64,000 nt of DNA, taken from the NCBI GenBank assembly GCA_963712745.1, contig CAVQJC010000017.1:64001-128000 (forward strand), read 5' to 3'. A program made the translations under genes and the position numbers. Every line of letters begins with the position of its first letter. Positions within the stretch are counted from its first letter, which is position 1. Positions 59,220 through 64,000 of the stretch are shown piece by piece. The notes beneath the pieces were generated by a model. It made no database searches. It saw only the letters and a program-made list of their open reading frames with translations, and was not told the origin of the DNA. Source of the DNA: an uncultured Chloroflexia bacterium (GTDB lineage Bacteria > Chloroflexota > Limnocylindria > Limnocylindrales > CSP1-4).

Positions 59220-59473
59220 CGTCTCAGCGTAGCCGCTTGACGAAACGCCTGGAGGTCGCCATGACGTTCGATCGTCCCCAGGACGCGCACGCGCTCCTCG
59301 TTCGTCGCCGGGTAGTAGTCGGGTCGCAGGAACCAGAGACAGGCGATCCGCTGCTCGTCGACCAAGCGGTCCACGGCGGTCGCGAGCATGGCGTCGTCAG
59401 GCCTCGTCGTGTCCGCGCCTTCGGCTTTGGCGGAGCGAGGTCCATCGGTCGGAGGCCCGGTCGTAGGCGGCAT
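59177..59473 (-). CDS. Small partner (putative antitoxin) of the AbiEii-like gene
   Basis: CLWFLRPDY.P..IERHGD..F; overlaps the start of the downstream gene by 43 bp; start codon uncertain. Confidence 0.6.
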   Translation of the reverse strand: MPPTTGPPTDGPRSAKAEGADTTRPDDAMLATAVDRLVDEQRIACLWFLRPDYYPATNEERVRVLGTIERHGDLQAFRQAATLRRWLSQDSSDASVGS

Positions 59474-59746
59474 ACCCCCACTGTACGAGGCTCGCGGGCC
59501 GGCGCCAACCTCTTTCCTGGGTCTCGAGCACGCTCGACGACGATGGCCAGCTGCGAGACCCACCGCAGGAGCCCCGCACTCCGCTGCTCGAGCAGGTCAA
59601 GGTGGCGACCGATCCGCGTGTCATCGCCCCCGAGGTCTCGCAGAAACGCTTCCACACCGGGGCGCCAGTCCGAGTCTCCCGGCACCATCACCACGGCGTC
59701 CTTGGTCCGGCCCGGGAACGCAAGCGGCACGCCGGCGCCTCGTCTG

Positions 59747-61150
<1,404 letters not shown>

Positions 61151-61250
61151 CGATACCTCCCTCAGGGCTCCTGAGGGTATCGCGAACTGCCGCGCCAGTT
61201 CAGGACGACCGGCCCTTGAGTGCGTGCTGCGCCAGCGCGAGGATCCACGT

Positions 61251-61976
61251 GTGGCTGACACGGGGGACATCGGTCTCGAAACCGTGCCGCCCGGCGCCGT
61301 GACGGAACCGCCCCGGCTCAGCGGCGCGGTCAAGGTGCTGTCCGACGCCAGTCACGCGGCCTTCGGCATCGCCAACCGATGGGTCATGGTGCCGTCGCAC
61401 CAGGCCGGCCTTGCCTCCTGGCTGGGCAACCCTGCGACCGGCTGGCAGTGCCTGCTCACGACGACGGGCAGGCGCTCACGACTACGAAGACCGGCGCCCC
61501 TGGGCTACATCATCATGGATGGGGCGGCCTGGGTCATGGCCGGCTACGGCCCCAGGACAGCTTGGTACCGCAATATCCTGTCTGACCCCCACGTCGAGTT
61601 CCGGTTGCCGGGACGGGCCCCATTCGCGGCGGTAGCCGAGGAGGTCCGCGACCCGGTACGCCGCGCGCGTATCATCCCGCCCCTCTGCCGCTCGATGGCG
61701 CTGCCGGGCTCCATGATCGGTTGCTTCCCACCGACCGCCACCGACGAGCGCATCCTTGATCGCGTCTCATGGGTGCCACTCGTGCGCATCTCACCCGCGG
61801 ACGGACGGCCGCTCGAACCTGGCCCGGATGATCCCGGCGGGCGCGGCTGGATGTGGCGGCAGGCGGCTGTCGCGGGGCTGATCATCGGGCTATCGCTCGT
61901 GGCTCTCGCTGCGCGGACACGCCGACCGGACGTTGACCAGCGCCGTCGCACGCGCACGGCGCCGCGCCCCGCGTGA
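61251..61976 (+). CDS. Deazaflavin (F420)-dependent nitroreductase family protein
   Basis: [23 protein letters not shown]; C-terminal TM segment. Confidence 0.8.
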   Translation: MADTGDIGLETVPPGAVTEPPRLSGAVKVLSDASHAAFGIANRWVMVPSHQAGLASWLGNPATGWQCLLTTTGRRSRLRRPAPLGYIIMDGAAWVMAGYGPRTAWYRNILSDPHVEFRLPGRAPFAAVAEEVRDPVRRARIIPPLCRSMALPGSMIGCFPPTATDERILDRVSWVPLVRISPADGRPLEPGPDDPGGRGWMWRQAAVAGLIIGLSLVALAARTRRPDVDQRRRTRTAPRPA

Positions 61977-62083
61977 CGGCCAGGTCACAGGACCTTTATC
62001 GAGGCGTCACAGGCCACGTCCATCCTGCCGACTCGATGGCCGCAACCCCCGCGGCCACGTGGCAGGAATAGGAGACGGTCCCC

Positions 62084-62725
62084 ATGCGAAGAATGACGAC
62101 GATCGGTGCTGCCGCGGTGCTGGCCCTGGCCTTGGCCCCCGCGAGCGCACTGGCGCAGGACGACATGTCGGACGAGATGTCCGACGACGACATGATGATG
62201 GGGACCATGGTGCCCCACCCCTCGCACATCCACGCAGGTGATTGCTCGATGCCGGGCGACCCGGTCGTGGCGCTCAACGATGTGGGCGTGGTCGGCAACG
62301 ATGCCCAGGGCGCGGCGTCGCACATCCACGTGGACATCGGCCTGTCCACGGTCGAGCTTCCGCTCGAGGCCATCCTCGCCGAGGACCACTCCATCATGGT
62401 CCACGAGAGCGCCGGTGAGGGCATGGGCACGATCCTGGTCTGTGGCGCCATCGGCGGCCACGACGTGAACGGCTCGTTCCTGGTCGGCCTTGGCCCTGTG
62501 GGCGACTCGGGCTACTCGGGTATCGCCTGGCTGACCGACAAGGGCGACGGGACCACCGATGTCCAGGTCACCATCTCGCACTCGGGCGCCACCGAGTCGA
62601 TGGGCATGGACGACGACATGTCCGACGACATGGACGACTCCGACGACATGTCCGACGACATGGACGACTCCGACGACATGTCCGACGACATGGACGACGA
62701 CATGGACGAGGGCGACGACTCCTAG
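62084..62725 (+). CDS. Secreted CHRD-like protein with Met/Asp-rich repeats
   Basis: AGGAG RBS; signal peptide; HPSHIHAGDC, IMVHES, LVCGAI; DDMSDDM repeats at both ends. Confidence 0.7.
   Translation: MRRMTTIGAAAVLALALAPASALAQDDMSDEMSDDDMMMGTMVPHPSHIHAGDCSMPGDPVVALNDVGVVGNDAQGAASHIHVDIGLSTVELPLEAILAEDHSIMVHESAGEGMGTILVCGAIGGHDVNGSFLVGLGPVGDSGYSGIAWLTDKGDGTTDVQVTISHSGATESMGMDDDMSDDMDDSDDMSDDMDDSDDMSDDMDDDMDEGDDS
62611..62709 (+). repeat. 30-bp coding tandem repeat x3 (DDMSDDMDDS)
   Basis: cgacgacatgtccgacgacatggacgactc at 62611, 62641 and 62671. Confidence 0.9.
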
Positions 62726-62747
62726 TCCAGCGAATCCGGCCGAGGAC

Positions 62748-63263
62748 TCAGTCCGGGTCTTCGGCCGCCCACCCCTGCTGCGACTTGCGCAGGTGCTTGA
62801 GTGCCCAGTCGTAGTGGCTCGTGGTGGCTGAGACCGCGTAGCTGCCGACCGAGGTCGAGCCGGTCCAGCGGTGCCGCTTCTTCTCGAAGAGCTCGTCGTC
62901 GGAGTACGACTCGATGACCACACGGACCTTGCTGTGAGACTCGCGCAGGCGCTCGACCACCTCCTCCCACGGGTCATCCAGGTGCCCCGCGTGGATCTCC
63001 ATGTTCAGCGCCGGGGTGGTTCTCCAGGAGTAGCCCGGGGCCGGCATCTCGGCCACTTCGCCGGTACGTCCGACCCGCTCCCACTGGAGGAACATGCGAT
63101 GCCAGGCATCGAGGTGCGCGAGCATGTCCTTGACCGACCCTCGCGGATAGTCAGACGGGCCCAGCCTGCGCTCGGGCGGGACCGCGCCCACGGCGTCCAT
63201 GAGCTGATCAAAGTCGCCGGTCGTGCGCGCCAGCAGCTCCGTGCGCGATGCTGGCCTGCTCAT
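62748..63263 (-). CDS. ClbS/DfsB (DUF1706) family four-helix bundle protein
   Basis: RP.SRTELL, KDMLAHL..W, PAPGYSWR..PALN, WTGSTS..SATTSHYDWA. Confidence 0.88.
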   Translation of the reverse strand: MSRPASRTELLARTTGDFDQLMDAVGAVPPERRLGPSDYPRGSVKDMLAHLDAWHRMFLQWERVGRTGEVAEMPAPGYSWRTTPALNMEIHAGHLDDPWEEVVERLRESHSKVRVVIESYSDDELFEKKRHRWTGSTSVGSYAVSATTSHYDWALKHLRKSQQGWAAEDPD

Positions 63264-63309
63264 GACCGACAGCATGCGCGGTGACGCTGCCTCGTCACAG
63301 GGCCGGAGG

Positions 63310-64000
63310 TCATCGCAGCAGGTGGTCCGTTTCGTCTTCGACGGCTTCGACCACCGGCTCCAGTCCCGGGTCGACCCCTGCCGCGGCGATGTTGGAGCCG
63401 GCGGTCCCGACCGCCAGCGGCTGCACGCCCGGGCCTTCGATCAGCCGCTTGCCGAGGTCCAGCCGGCGTAGCTGTGGCGCCAGCGCGCCCACCAGTCCGA
63501 CCACCACGAGGGTCACCACGCCGCCCAGGACGACGCTGGGGACGACTCCGAAGATGGTCGCGGCCACACCGCTCTCGAAGGCGCCCAGCTCGTTGGAGGC
63601 GCCGATGAAGACGTGGTTGACCGAGGCGATCCGCCCGCGCAGCGCCTCGGGCGATTCGACACGCAGGATGACCAGGCGGATGACCATGCTCACGCCGTCC
63701 ACCAGGCCGGCGGCGAAGAGGGCTACCAGCGAGACCACGAAGCTGGTCGAGAGGCCGAACACGATCATCGACACCCCGAAGAACCCGACGCACACGAGCA
63801 GGATGCGGCCGGCGTTTCGTTTGGGTGGGCAACGGGTGGCGATGAGCATGGCTATCAAGGCACCGGCCGAGGGCATCGTTCGCAGCAGGCCCAGCCCGAC
63901 GGGGCCGACATGCAGGATGTCGGTCGCGAAGACCGGAAGCATGGCCATCGCTCCCCCGAAGAAGACCGCGAACAGGTCGAGCGCCATCGAGGAGAGCAAC
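63310..64000 (-). CDS. MFS transporter (EntS-like), 5' end outside the window
   Basis: LDLFAVFFGG, LRGRIASVN..FIGASNELGAFESG. Confidence 0.9.
   Translation of the reverse strand, partial: LLSSMALDLFAVFFGGAMAMLPVFATDILHVGPVGLGLLRTMPSAGALIAMLIATRCPPKRNAGRILLVCVGFFGVSMIVFGLSTSFVVSLVALFAAGLVDGVSMVIRLVILRVESPEALRGRIASVNHVFIGASNELGAFESGVAATIFGVVPSVVLGGVVTLVVVGLVGALAPQLRRLDLGKRLIEGPGVQPLAVGTAGSNIAAAGVDPGLEPVVEAVEDETDHLLR

Overview
A high-GC bacterial window; the protein families suggest Chloroflexota or a similar lineage (inference). It has two parts. (1) About 1-30 kb is an accessory region of short, unrelated genes (ECF sigma/anti-sigma, methyltransferases, SRPBCC proteins, cupredoxins, a NarL-type two-component system, three vapBC/PIN loci) mixed with many gene fragments. 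Between them lie co-oriented, minus-strand remnants of a phage-packaging-like module: four copies of a small HNH endonuclease gene, two to three cos-like sequences, a Zn-finger ORF, a ParB-like domain and two DNA-methyltransferase motif-I fragments. (2) About 30-64 kb is more intact: phytochelatin synthase, an MBL-rhodanese fusion, HtrA, a deacetylase fused to a degenerate hydrolase, a LacI-associated sugar cluster with two ABC importers and a lyxose-isomerase-like cupin, a PHP-Cache-PAS-CBS-DUF294 fusion, MFS/MMPL transporters, a second ECF/anti-sigma pair, an AbiEii-like pair and asnS. The top candidates for new biology are the HNH/cos-scaffolded gene array, anti-sigma genes with a conserved internal Shine-Dalgarno plus ATG (possible two isoforms), and the PHP-Cache-nucleotidyltransferase sensor. 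Several single-base frameshifts look like assembly errors. No rRNA, tRNA, CRISPR array or integrase was recognised. All family assignments come from motif recognition by eye, not from database searches.
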